In this document: one piece after another, positions 51,058 through 62,849 of the stretch
Layout: each line of letters starts with the position of its first letter
Position numbering within the stretch: position 1 is the first letter of the stretch
Assembly (NCBI GenBank): GCA_027118455.1
Contig: JAJAYZ010000067.1
Location: forward strand, 6,987 to 70,986
DNA: 64,000 bases
From: Actinomycetes bacterium
GTDB lineage: Bacteria > Actinomycetota > Actinomycetes > JAHEKZ01
Reading direction: 5' to 3'
Made by a program: the position numbers and the translations under genes
Notes under the pieces: model-generated
Database searches by the model: none
What the model was told of the DNA's origin: nothing
The model's input: the letters and a program-made list of their open reading frames with translations, nothing else

Positions 51058-52092
51058 TCAGGTCATCGTGGTGACCGCTCGGCTGAATACCGTTGGCATC
51101 CTCTGGGCCAGCGGCAGTAGCGCCGCTCGCGACCCTCGCCATTGGGTGGCCCGAAGCAGCGCCTCGGTCGACCAACGAAAGCGTCGGGTGATGCGGCTCC
51201 AATCGGCCGCGTACTGATCCAGGTTCCCCGACGCAGCCGCTGAGACGGCGGCGCGGGCGCCAATGAATCCGATCGCAAGTCCTTCGCCGGTGAGTGCGTC
51301 GACGTATCCGGCAGCATCACCCACAAGGAGCACTCGCCCACGAAGAGGGTGAGCGGCGCGACGACGGAGTGGCCCAGCCCCCAGCGTCGCCCCTACGGGC
51401 AGGGCTCCCCCGAGCCGCGCGACGAGCGCGGGAAAGTCCGCCAAGCGATCGTTGAAGGTCCCTCCACGCTCACCGAGAAGGGCAACGCCAACGATCTCTG
51501 GCGCCACCGGCGTCAGATACGCCTCTCCCCGGCTGGCCCAGTACACCTCAATGTCGTCGCTCCACGGCCGCACCGAGAAGTGTTGCCGAAGCCCGTAACG
51601 CACCGGCCCGGTAGTCACACGGCCCAACCCGATGGCGCTGCGAACACCCGATGACAGCCCATCGCAACCCAGCACCACGTCCGCTTCGACTCCACCGCCT
51701 CTTGCCAAAGTCAGGCAGACCCTCGTCGCGTCCTGGTCGATGCCGATCACCCGGTCGTGAATCGACGTGACACCGACGCTTTCTGTCCGGGCCAACAGGG
51801 CGGCCATCAGAGTTGTCCGTTGAACTCCGCGCCCAGGGGCTGTGGCCAGCGTGGCACGCACCTGCCGGCGTCCCTCCGCATCGAGGTATCGGATGCCGCC
51901 GAACTCGACGCCGACGGGGTCGACACCGATTTCGCGGAGGGCGCCCAGAGCCGCCGGCATCAGCCCCTCGCCGCACGCCTTGTCGATGACGCCTTCTCGT
52001 TGCTCGATAACCGTCGCGTCCATTCCGGCAAGCTGGGCCGCAGCGGCGGCATACAGGCCCACCGGTCCCCCACCGACGACAACAACCTTCAC
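51058..52092 (-). CDS. FAD-dependent oxidoreductase (geranylgeranyl-reductase/flavin monooxygenase-like)
   Basis: N-terminal GxGxxG (VVVGGGPVGLYAAA) and ..DKACGEGL.. motif of the geranylgeranyl reductase family. Confidence 0.8.
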   Translation of the reverse strand: MKVVVVGGGPVGLYAAAAAQLAGMDATVIEQREGVIDKACGEGLMPAALGALREIGVDPVGVEFGGIRYLDAEGRRQVRATLATAPGRGVQRTTLMAALLARTESVGVTSIHDRVIGIDQDATRVCLTLARGGGVEADVVLGCDGLSSGVRSAIGLGRVTTGPVRYGLRQHFSVRPWSDDIEVYWASRGEAYLTPVAPEIVGVALLGERGGTFNDRLADFPALVARLGGALPVGATLGAGPLRRRAAHPLRGRVLLVGDAAGYVDALTGEGLAIGFIGARAAVSAAASGNLDQYAADWSRITRRFRWSTEALLRATQWRGSRAALLPLAQRMPTVFSRAVTTMT

Positions 52093-52628
52093 CGGTCTGC
52101 CACCGATGCGCTATCAAGCACCCGAAGTGCCTTGTTCTCTGCTGGGATACGTTGGCGCAGCACCCATGCATTGGCGAGTGTGAAGAGCGTCGCAGTGATC
52201 CACGCCGTGTGTACCAAAGGGAGGCAGATCCCTTCGACCACAACGGCTAGGTAGTTCGGGTGATGCAGCCACCGGTAGGGCCCACCACCGACTCGCCCTG
52301 CGCCAGGAACGACAACGATGCGGGTGTTCCACTGCTGCCCCAGGGTGGCGATGCACCACCAACGCAACCCCTGAGCAATGCCAACGCCCACCAGCGCTGG
52401 CCAGCCGAGCCAGGGCAGGAAGACCCGCCCCAGCAAGACGACTTCGAGCACCGACCCGACCAAGAGTCCGATATGGATGAGCACCATCGCCACATAGTGC
52501 TCGCGGCCGAGCTCGACGCCGCCACGAGCCTTGGCCCAGGCGATGTGACGCTGGGAGGTGACAAGCTCAACCATCCGTTCCACACCGACCGCTGCAACCA
52601 GCAGGGCGAACCACGTCGTTGATGTCAC
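52089..52628 (-). CDS. ICMT/PEMT-family membrane methyltransferase
   Basis: Polytopic membrane protein with the C-terminal ..HPNYLAVVVEGICLPL..E motif of isoprenylcysteine carboxyl methyltransferases. The likely GTG start at 52628 lies 5 nt after the PKS stop. Confidence 0.7.
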   Translation of the reverse strand: MTSTTWFALLVAAVGVERMVELVTSQRHIAWAKARGGVELGREHYVAMVLIHIGLLVGSVLEVVLLGRVFLPWLGWPALVGVGIAQGLRWWCIATLGQQWNTRIVVVPGAGRVGGGPYRWLHHPNYLAVVVEGICLPLVHTAWITATLFTLANAWVLRQRIPAENKALRVLDSASVADR

Positions 52629-52632
52629 GTGA

Positions 52633-53742
52633 TCACCACTCGAGCAGGACCAGCTCGGCACAAAAACCTGGCCCCATCGCCAGGAGCACCGCCGGCCGGC
52701 CAGACCCAGCCGGGGAGCCGGCAAGAGTCTTCTCAAGCACATGAAGCACCGATGCCGACGAGATGTTTCCCACCTCTTGCAGCGAGTCCCACGTCAGCGC
52801 TGTTGCCGTGGCGTCCACCCCCAGCGCCCCTTCCAGAGCCGTAAGTACCTTCGGCCCACCTGGGTGCGCCACCCAGTGCTCGATGTCACCGGCCTTCAGC
52901 CCGTTCCGGGCGAGCAGACCATCGATGACTGGCGGCAGCTCGTTCGCCACCAGGTCAGGGACGGTGGGCGACAGCACAACGCGCATCCCGAAGGAGCCGA
53001 CGTCCCAACCCATCACGCGCTCGGTATCGGGGAAGAAGTGCGATAACGAGTCGCGAACCCGAACACCATCGCGTCCTAGTCGGTCGGCACGGGCGTCGCC
53101 CACCAGAACGACTGCGGCCGCACCGTCGCCGAACAGCCCAGAGGCGACTACGTTGGCCATCGACGTATCGTCCTGCTGCAGAGTTAGCGAACACAGTTCG
53201 ACACTGACGAGGACTGCCACGTCATCGGGGTGGCCCCGCAAATAGTCGGCAACTCGGGCGACCCCCACGGCACCAGCGACGCAACCGAGACCGACCAGAG
53301 GCATGCGTTTGACGTCAGGACGAAGGTCTAGCAACGGCATGAGACGGGCATCCAAGCTCGGGGCCGCCACCCCCGTGACGGTGGTCGACATCACGAGGTC
53401 GATGTCCTTGGCTGCAACGCCCGCCCGTTCGAGCGCCAGCCCGATAGCGCGCGCTGCCAGCGGCGGCGCCTCGCGCAGAAAGGCGTCGTTGGCAGCGCCG
53501 AAGTCTTCAAGCTTCGCGTAGTCAGCCAAGGGCAAGGCCAGGTGACGCCACTCGACCGTTGTCGCCGCATGGGTCCGGGCAATGGCACTGCGCAAACCGG
53601 CCATCGATCGTTCTTCAGTCTCGAGATGAGACGAGCTCGTACGCCCGCCGCCGACCATGAGTTCGGTGAACGCCTCAGTGATCTCGCCCTGGGGGTAGCG
53701 GTGAAGAGGCAACGCCGTGGCGGCTGCGAGGAGGACGGGCAC
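52633..53742 (-). CDS. Type III polyketide synthase (chalcone/stilbene synthase family)
   Basis: Colinear with mycobacterial PKS11-type enzymes. Active-site Cys in ..LVGLGCVAGAVGV.., GFGPG-like C-terminal ..AMGPGFCAELVLLEW. The likely start is GTG 53742; the 546-aa ORF-track version carries a spurious ~180-aa N-terminal extension. Confidence 0.85.
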   Translation of the reverse strand: MPVLLAAATALPLHRYPQGEITEAFTELMVGGGRTSSSHLETEERSMAGLRSAIARTHAATTVEWRHLALPLADYAKLEDFGAANDAFLREAPPLAARAIGLALERAGVAAKDIDLVMSTTVTGVAAPSLDARLMPLLDLRPDVKRMPLVGLGCVAGAVGVARVADYLRGHPDDVAVLVSVELCSLTLQQDDTSMANVVASGLFGDGAAAVVLVGDARADRLGRDGVRVRDSLSHFFPDTERVMGWDVGSFGMRVVLSPTVPDLVANELPPVIDGLLARNGLKAGDIEHWVAHPGGPKVLTALEGALGVDATATALTWDSLQEVGNISSASVLHVLEKTLAGSPAGSGRPAVLLAMGPGFCAELVLLEW

Positions 53743-53769
53743 CCTTGCATCCTGGCACCATTGGCCGAG

Positions 53770-54360
53770 ATGAGCGCAACATGCAATCCAGCCAAGGGCC
53801 GGGTGGACCTGTACTGGATACCCCTGGGGGCTGGAGCCGCCTTGCCCGTTGTTCGCTGGAGCGGCCGGCTTTTTGAAGGGGTCGCGGCTCTCCGCGCCAG
53901 GCGCCGACCGGAGAACCTCTACCACGCTGCCCTTGAGATCTGGCTTGACGACGTGCGCTCCACCGTCGAGATGGCTCCAGCCTGGGGTAGCGGGCACGGG
54001 CGGGAAGGGGTCGTCGGCGAGGGTCCTGTAGGACTCAGGATGCTCGGGCGTTCGCGATTCTTCCGCTATGAGCTGCGGCGCTGGCGCGGCGGCATAATTC
54101 CCGATCTGGCCGAGGCCGTTGACGGCCCCACCCGCGTCACCACTGACTCCGATCAAACCTTGGCCGTGCTCGAGGCTGTCTCGTCCTTCCCGCGTGTGAC
54201 GTGGGGGCGCGACGAGCTGAAGACGGGTGACATGTGGAACTCCAACTCGTTGGTGGCGTGGGCTCTCACGCACGCCGGAGTCGACCTTTCGTCCGTGTCT
54301 CCGCCGAGAGGTGGCAGGGCGCCAGGTTGGTCAGCGGGAGTTGTCGCAGCGACGCGATGA
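53770..54360 (+). CDS. Hypothetical protein, divergent from the type III PKS
   Basis: 196-aa ORF from ATG 53770 (MSATCNPAKGRVDLYWIPLGAG..) with coding-like composition and no recognised family. Confidence 0.4.
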   Translation: MSATCNPAKGRVDLYWIPLGAGAALPVVRWSGRLFEGVAALRARRRPENLYHAALEIWLDDVRSTVEMAPAWGSGHGREGVVGEGPVGLRMLGRSRFFRYELRRWRGGIIPDLAEAVDGPTRVTTDSDQTLAVLEAVSSFPRVTWGRDELKTGDMWNSNSLVAWALTHAGVDLSSVSPPRGGRAPGWSAGVVAATR

Positions 54361-54381
54361 CCCGTGACCCCGCCATGCAGA

Positions 54382-57333
<2,952 letters not shown>

Positions 57334-57399
57334 CAGGAGCGCCTCCAAAAAGGTGGACTGGGCTCCCCCTCTGTCATCGGCACCTGAGAGGTTCGCGCC

Positions 57400-57560
57400 C
57401 CAGCTGCCAAAGCAGTTGTGGCGCTTGCACCGTCGGTGGGGCTTTCAGCCCGCTTTCCAGAGGCGCCTCACCCAAGCGGTCCGGGGGCCTGAGAGTTTCT
57501 GGGGAGAATTGCTCCTTCGGCGCCCTCGCTGGCTGCGAGAGACTCTTCCGCCGGGGTCGT
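57400..57560 (-). ncRNA. Tandem-aptamer glycine riboswitch in the gcvP leader
   Basis: Minus-strand RNA reads ..CGGAAGAGUCUCUCGCAGCC..AGGGCGCCGAAGGAGCAA.. (aptamer 1) and ..GUGAGGCGCCUCUGGAAAGCGGGCUGAAAGCCCCACCGACGGUGCAAGC.. (aptamer 2). These match the glycine riboswitch cores (GGAGAG / CUCUGGAGAG / ACCGAAGGGGCAA) immediately upstream of gcvP. Confidence 0.75.
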
Positions 57561-57580
57561 CGGCGCTCCCGACTCTACCC

Positions 57581-58183
57581 TCAGCCCGCGGTGCGGGCTC
57601 GGCGACGTGCCGACAGTTCGTCGGACGGGTGACCCCCAGATTCGGTGAGCTCATCTCCGGCGCCTTCGGCGTCTGGTCGCTCCCATGGCATCTCAGCGAG
57701 GCTTCCCTCAACTTCACGCCAAACTCGGCCGACCGCGATACCGAAGACGCCTTGCCCACCTTGGACAAGGTCGATCACCTCGTCCGCGCTGGTGCACTCG
57801 TAGACCGATGCGCCATCGCTCATCAAGGTGATCGTGGCGAGGTCGTCCGTCCCGCTTTCGCGCAGGTGCTGCACGGCGGTACGGATCTGTTGAAGCGACA
57901 CTCCAGTGTCCAGCAGTCGCTTGACAATCTTCAGAACGAGAACGTCACGGAAGCCGTACAGGCGCTGGGTGCCCGAGCCACTGGCGCCGCGAATGCTTGG
58001 CTCGACGAGCCCGGTGCGCGCCCAGTAGTCGAGCTGGCGGTAGGTGATTCCGGCGGCAGCACACACGGTGGGACCTCGGTAGCCGATGTCTTCCGGCAGT
58101 GCACGCACTACATCGGTGAAGAGCAGCCCTTGTTGCCCAGCACTCGTGCGCGCCGACTCCTTAGCTGCCGCTTGCTGCGCCAT
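57581..58183 (-). CDS. MerR family transcriptional regulator
   Basis: MerR HTH (..VCAAAGITYRQLDYWARTGLVEP..). Start taken at ATG 58183; the upstream extension of the ORF is Arg-rich and non-coding-like. Confidence 0.75.
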   Translation of the reverse strand: MAQQAAAKESARTSAGQQGLLFTDVVRALPEDIGYRGPTVCAAAGITYRQLDYWARTGLVEPSIRGASGSGTQRLYGFRDVLVLKIVKRLLDTGVSLQQIRTAVQHLRESGTDDLATITLMSDGASVYECTSADEVIDLVQGGQGVFGIAVGRVWREVEGSLAEMPWERPDAEGAGDELTESGGHPSDELSARRRARTAG

Positions 58184-58427
58184 GTCGGCGCCGGTGCCGT
58201 CGTCGGCTCGGGGTCCGCCACCAGTCACTCTTGACCTCCGTCTGCCCCGGCCGAACCAGTCGCGTCGAGCCGGTGGCTCGGAGGAAAGTACACGCCTGGG
58301 ATTACCGTGGTGTCGAGAGCACGCTAGGCCCACGTTCGGGTGCGGTCAACGCACCCGCCCGCGACACGCCGGAGGAAAGTCTCAAGGGGGAGTCGAGCGA
58401 CTGCAACCCTCAGGTAAACATTGATAG

Positions 58428-59012
58428 TTAGGAAGAGGGCCCAGGTGAGTCAGGCCCAGGTGACTCAGGCTCGGACGCCCCAGGGCTGCCGAAGTCCTCA
58501 GGGGAGATTCCCTCCAGGAACTCGCGGAAGCGTTCGAGCTCGCCCTCGCTCGGCACACTTCGCTCCGCTGCCTGGCCGAGCGCATCCTCTATCTCGGCCC
58601 CCAACTCCGACTCATCGTCACCCGGCAAGGCTATGCCCGCCTCGTCCAGCACCTCCGGGGACGCAACGACGGGTGCGTCGACCCGAAGAGCCAGGGCGAT
58701 GGCGTCAGACGGCCGGGCACTGATGGTCTGACCGCCCTCGAACACGAGCTCGGCGAAGAAGACACCATCGGAGAGATCGGTGATCTGGACCTCGACGAGC
58801 CGATGTCCCAGTCCACCGACGACATCTGCGAGCAGGTCATGCGTCAGCGGCCGCGCGGGCTCAACGCCCTGCTGGGCGTAGGCAATCGCAGTGGCCTCGA
58901 CCGCACCGATCCAGATCGGGAGGTACCGCTCGCTGCCACGTTCACGAAGCAGAACGATGGGTTGGTTCGTCGGCATCTCCACCCGGACTCCGACCACGTC
59001 AACGGGTTTCAT
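58428..59012 (-). CDS. Bifunctional nuclease family protein (DUF151/BFN domain)
   Basis: ..VVGVRVEMPTNQPIVLLRE..RYLPIWIG..EA.. BFN domain with an acidic/Pro-rich C-terminal tail. Confidence 0.8.
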   Translation of the reverse strand: MKPVDVVGVRVEMPTNQPIVLLRERGSERYLPIWIGAVEATAIAYAQQGVEPARPLTHDLLADVVGGLGHRLVEVQITDLSDGVFFAELVFEGGQTISARPSDAIALALRVDAPVVASPEVLDEAGIALPGDDESELGAEIEDALGQAAERSVPSEGELERFREFLEGISPEDFGSPGASEPESPGPDSPGPSS

Positions 59013-59078
59013 GCCTTCACCCTATCGCTGTTCGGGAAGTCAGACCGTTCGGAAGTGAAGGCGGACGTGCGAGCGGTG

Positions 59079-59840
59079 TCAGGTGCGGAGGCCAGGCCCG
59101 AGTTGTGCTTTCACCAGCGCCGCATGCAGCCGAACGCTCAGCGCCGCGAGGGTTCGAGTGGCCTCTTCGGCGCGTCCCTTGGAGTCAGCTGAACGCCCCC
59201 GAAGGAGAGGCGTCACTACCTGTTCGATCAGACCGGCTTCCCGGTCGGCAGCTGACTTGAAGGCGCGAAGGTGCCGGGGTTCGATGCCGAACGCTGCCAG
59301 TTCGCCAGCGGCTTTCGCCACGACGACCGCGTCGCCGTCATAGTGCTCGCCGCTCCGCCTCTTGGCGATGAGGCCGTAGCTCTCCAGCGCTGAGAGCAGT
59401 TCAGATTCGATCTCGGCGGTGGCGAGCAGCTCATCGCGCGACAGGCGAAGATCGGCACCGTCCCTGGCGAAGTCGTCTGCTTCGGGATAGCCGCCACCCC
59501 GCACAACGGCGACAGGCACTCGCGGGCTCAACCCCGGACTCGCTGGAGGCTCGAGGCCGCGATCCATCGCTTCGAGGTGCTCGCGGATCACCTTCAGCGG
59601 TAGGTACTGGTCACGCTGGGCGCTGAGGACGTAACGGAGCCGCTGGATGTCGTCCGGGGTGAACTTCCGGTAGCCCGACGGCGTTCGCTGCGGCTCGATC
59701 AGACCTTCGGACTCCAGGAACCGGATCTTGGAGATCGTCACGTCCGAGAACTCCGGACGCAGCTTGGCGAGCACCTCACCGATGCTCAGGTAGGCGCGAG
59801 CCGGGATGGTGGACGACCGCTGGGTGGCTGCGGGGCTCAT
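59079..59840 (-). CDS. MerR family transcriptional regulator
   Basis: ..YLSIGEVLAKLRPEFSDVTISKIRFLESEGLIEPQRTPSGYRKF.. MerR HTH plus C-terminal dimerisation domain. Confidence 0.8.
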   Translation of the reverse strand: MSPAATQRSSTIPARAYLSIGEVLAKLRPEFSDVTISKIRFLESEGLIEPQRTPSGYRKFTPDDIQRLRYVLSAQRDQYLPLKVIREHLEAMDRGLEPPASPGLSPRVPVAVVRGGGYPEADDFARDGADLRLSRDELLATAEIESELLSALESYGLIAKRRSGEHYDGDAVVVAKAAGELAAFGIEPRHLRAFKSAADREAGLIEQVVTPLLRGRSADSKGRAEEATRTLAALSVRLHAALVKAQLGPGLRT

Positions 59841-60370
59841 GACTGTCCTCCGGGCTGCTCGCTGCTGGTCAAGAACTGGAGGCGATACTTGCCGATCTGT
59901 ACCTCATCGCCACTGACAAGGGCGACGTCGTCGATGCGACTGCGGTTCACGTAGGTGCCGTTGAGGCTGCCCATGTCGCAGATACTGAATCCGGCGTCCG
60001 AGCGACGGAACTCAACGTGGTGGCGCGACACTGTGATGTCGTCCAGGAAGATGTCGCTGTCCGGGTGACGCCCGGCGGTGGTGACGTCGGAGTCGAGCAG
60101 GAAGCGCGCACCCGCAGCCGGCCCGCGACGAACGACGAGAAGCGCCGTGCCCGACTTCAGCCGCTCTACTACGTCGTCGCTGCCAGGCTCGGCGTCAGCG
60201 CTCCCGGTCGGTTCTGGGCTCCCGGGTTCTGGGCCGCCGAGGTGCAGAACCGACGTGCTCTCAGCAGCGGTCTCCCGCGCATCGCTCTCATCCAGCGAGC
60301 GACCGCAGGCCGCGCAGAAGCGAGCCGCACTGTCGGTGGTGTCGTGTCCGCAGTGGGGACAGACCGGCAT
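59837..60370 (-). CDS. garA: FHA-domain regulator GarA/OdhI homologue with extra N-terminal zinc ribbon
   Basis: FHA domain nearly colinear with M. tuberculosis GarA (LLVVRRGPAAGARFLL..GRHPDSDIFLDDITVSRHHVEF..GSLNGTYVNR). ESTSV resembles the ETTSV phospho-motif. N-terminal CPHCGH...CAACG. Confidence 0.8.
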   Translation of the reverse strand: MPVCPHCGHDTTDSAARFCAACGRSLDESDARETAAESTSVLHLGGPEPGSPEPTGSADAEPGSDDVVERLKSGTALLVVRRGPAAGARFLLDSDVTTAGRHPDSDIFLDDITVSRHHVEFRRSDAGFSICDMGSLNGTYVNRSRIDDVALVSGDEVQIGKYRLQFLTSSEQPGGQS

Positions 60371-60476
60371 GACGCCTCCAAAACGAGGGACAACCATGAA
60401 CTCTCAGACCGAAGTTCAGGTGAAGGTTGAGGGTGTCCTGAACCTACGGGGTCAGCCCTCCGGCGGTCAACCAGGG

Positions 60477-60860
60477 TCAGGCCGAAGCGACGTGCGCGGC
60501 GTACCCGGTGGAGTCGAGGAGGGTGGCCAACTCTGCGGCGTCGCTCAACTCAACCTCCACCATCCAGCCTTCGCCGTATGCATCGGCGTTGACGACCTCT
60601 GGGGTCGCCCCGAGCCCTTCGTTGTGCGCGGTGACGGTTCCGGTCACGGGGGCGTAGAGGTCGCTGACACTCTTGGTCGACTCCACCTCGCCGCAGGCGT
60701 CGCCGGCAGCCAGAGACGCCCCCACATCAGGCAGGGACACGTAGACGATGTCGCCGAGGGCGTCCTGTGCGTAGTCGGTGATCCCGAACCGCACGGTGGT
60801 CTCTCCAACGGTCCGGACCCACTCGTGGTCGGTCGTGTACTTCAGGTCCTCGGGGTACAC
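60477..60860 (-). CDS. gcvH: Glycine cleavage system H protein
   Basis: Lipoyl-lysine motif (..EVESTKSVSDLYAPV..) in a 127-aa protein. Confidence 0.9.
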   Translation of the reverse strand: MYPEDLKYTTDHEWVRTVGETTVRFGITDYAQDALGDIVYVSLPDVGASLAAGDACGEVESTKSVSDLYAPVTGTVTAHNEGLGATPEVVNADAYGEGWMVEVELSDAAELATLLDSTGYAAHVASA

Positions 60861-60945
60861 CGCATCCTCCGTGCTGATCGTGGGTCATGGAGCGCTTCTA
60901 ACGTCTGAGCGCCGCCAACCCTAGTCCAGGCACCTCACCAAGGCA

Positions 60946-61680
60946 TCACTCGACCGCGTCGATATCGACCACGTCACGCTCGACCACGATCGCTTCGGCA
61001 CCTACCTCGCGCACGCTCTCGATCACCCCGCCCGGGAACGACAATCCGGCCGCGAGGGTGCCGGGGACACCGATTGCTTTGATCTCGATCGGGGAGATCA
61101 GAACGGTGTCCCCCACCGCGATGCCTTCAGGAGCGTCGACGACTGCCGTCGTCGCGACAACTCGACCACCGTCGACCGAGATGGCCTCGGCGCCAGCATC
61201 TCGAAGCTCTTGAATGGCGTCGAGCACATCACTGGCCTCCAGGAGGCTCTCCGGGTCCGCGATCACCACGGTGACTCCCGGCCCGGTGACCGGGACGACG
61301 CCGGCCAGGATTCGGAGGTTCTGTAACCGCTCTTTGGATGCATCCCGAGCCACCTGCGACTGATCTGCACTGGTTTTCAGGTCGGAGATCGTTGCCTGGA
61401 GCTGCGTCTCCTCAGCGGCAAGCCGATCACGCTGGGCCGACAGGTCGTCAAGGATCCGAACGAGGTCAGAAGTGCGGGCGCCACTCAGGGCGTCCTGTTG
61501 TGTCGTCCGCACCTGGGTGGCGAGTCCGAATCCGAGCCCAAAGAGCAGGAGCGCCACGATCCACTGTCCTCGGCTCGGGCGTCGGCTCAGCGCCTCACGG
61601 ATAACGGCCCACCCGGTGGCCCTCGGCTGAGCGCTTGAAGATGCCGAGGCCTCAGCGTCTTTCGAGCCAGATGAGGTCAT
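60946..61680 (-). CDS. DUF881 domain membrane protein
   Basis: N-terminal transmembrane helix, coiled coil and C-terminal DUF881-like region. Position matches the mycobacterial gcvH-proximal cluster. Confidence 0.65.
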   Translation of the reverse strand: MTSSGSKDAEASASSSAQPRATGWAVIREALSRRPSRGQWIVALLLFGLGFGLATQVRTTQQDALSGARTSDLVRILDDLSAQRDRLAAEETQLQATISDLKTSADQSQVARDASKERLQNLRILAGVVPVTGPGVTVVIADPESLLEASDVLDAIQELRDAGAEAISVDGGRVVATTAVVDAPEGIAVGDTVLISPIEIKAIGVPGTLAAGLSFPGGVIESVREVGAEAIVVERDVVDIDAVE

Positions 61681-61686
61681 GACTGC

Positions 61687-62019
61687 TCACGCATGGAACA
61701 GGTGGCGGCGAATCGCTGCCGCGTTGGCGAAGATGCGGATCGAGAAGACCACCACGACGCCGGTCGACAACTGCGCGCCGACCCCGAGCTGGTCGCCGAG
61801 GAATACAACGAGCGCAGCGACCAAGACGTTGCCGATGAACGAGATGACAAAGACCCGATCGTTGAAGATGCCGTCTAGAAGCGCGCGGCTTGCACCGAAG
61901 ACCGCATCGAGCGCGGCGACCACGGCAATGGGTAGGTAGGGCTGCAGAGCTGCTGGAATCGTCGGCTGGAGAACGAGCCCCAGGACGATCCCAACGACCA
62001 GCCCCAACACAGCGATCAT
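61687..62019 (-). CDS. Small basic membrane protein (Sbp/DUF1290)
   Basis: 110-aa protein with three transmembrane helices, between the two DUF881 genes. Confidence 0.6.
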   Translation of the reverse strand: MIAVLGLVVGIVLGLVLQPTIPAALQPYLPIAVVAALDAVFGASRALLDGIFNDRVFVISFIGNVLVAALVVFLGDQLGVGAQLSTGVVVVFSIRIFANAAAIRRHLFHA

Positions 62020-62849
62020 GGGCTCTCCCCCTTCGTCACGTACCTCAACGCAAGATCACCGCGACCCGGAACACTGAGATTGTCCTCAGGAACGATGTCG
62101 ACTCTGATGCCGTAGGCCGACTCGAGTTCGTCAAGCGCGGCTTTTGCCGAGCCGGACTCGAATGCCTCCGACAGCTCGTCTGGTCCGACCGCAGTGATGG
62201 CGTACGGAGGCGTAAGAGGCCGAAAACCCACCAGGATCGCCTCGCCGGCGGAGCGGATAGGTGACAAGACGGTGATGCGTTGGCCGTTCACCGCAACTGC
62301 CTCGGCACCAGCAGCAAAGAGACCGTTGACCACAAGTTGAATGTCGGTATCCAGGACGCGGGCGAGGTCAGGACCGCTCTCACCCACCGTTGCAGGCGGA
62401 CCATCCTCCATCACGACCTCGACGCCAGTGCCTTCCACGGCGGCGACACCGACCTCACCTTCGAGGGCTGCGACCTCATCGGCCAGTGCGCGGTCAGATC
62501 CAGAGCCGGCCAGCGCCGTCTGGCGCAGTTGGGCGACTTCCCGGTTGAGGGTGCCGAGACGCGCGTCGATCTGCTCGACCGTGGCGGTTGTCGCCATCAC
62601 CTGATCGGTCAGGTCGGCCCGCGTCTGGCTAGCGTCCGGTGCGCCGTCCCTGACCTGCAGGACGGTCGCCACGAACAACGTTGCAGTCACGGCAATGGCG
62701 ACGGCGAATGCGGTCGAGTGGCGCCAGTCAGCGCCGCGGCGGTCGCCCCGGTCAGTCGCCTCTTGGTAACCGGGATCCATGGCGTCGTCGACGAGCCGTC
62801 GCAGGAGCGACAGCGAGGCATCAGGGTCGGTCGGTGCGCGCCCAGTCAC
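62016..62849 (-). CDS. DUF881 domain membrane protein
   Basis: Paralogous DUF881 architecture. The likely GTG start at 62849 overlaps the pgsA stop (GTGA). Confidence 0.65.
   Translation of the reverse strand: MTGRAPTDPDASLSLLRRLVDDAMDPGYQEATDRGDRRGADWRHSTAFAVAIAVTATLFVATVLQVRDGAPDASQTRADLTDQVMATTATVEQIDARLGTLNREVAQLRQTALAGSGSDRALADEVAALEGEVGVAAVEGTGVEVVMEDGPPATVGESGPDLARVLDTDIQLVVNGLFAAGAEAVAVNGQRITVLSPIRSAGEAILVGFRPLTPPYAITAVGPDELSEAFESGSAKAALDELESAYGIRVDIVPEDNLSVPGRGDLALRYVTKGESP

Noticed and set aside
52633-54273. A 546-aa ORF suggesting an unusually long type III PKS with a 180-aa N-terminal domain
   Set aside because: Homology to PKS11-type enzymes begins at ..LPLHRYPQGEIT.. The upstream part is low-complexity and overlaps the divergent gene. 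GTG 53742 preceded by AAGG is the realistic start.
58184-58333. N-terminal 50-aa extension of the MerR regulator ORF
   Set aside because: The Arg/Gly-rich segment (..RRDWFGRGRRRSRVTGGG..) has no homology and is unlikely to be coding. ATG 58183 starts directly before the HTH.
58440-58470. Tandem near-identical 15-mers CCCAGGTGAGTCAGG / CCCAGGTGACTCAGG
   Set aside because: They lie inside the 3' end of the DUF151 gene. They encode the repetitive ..PESPGPDSPGP.. tail and are not an intergenic repeat or a CRISPR.
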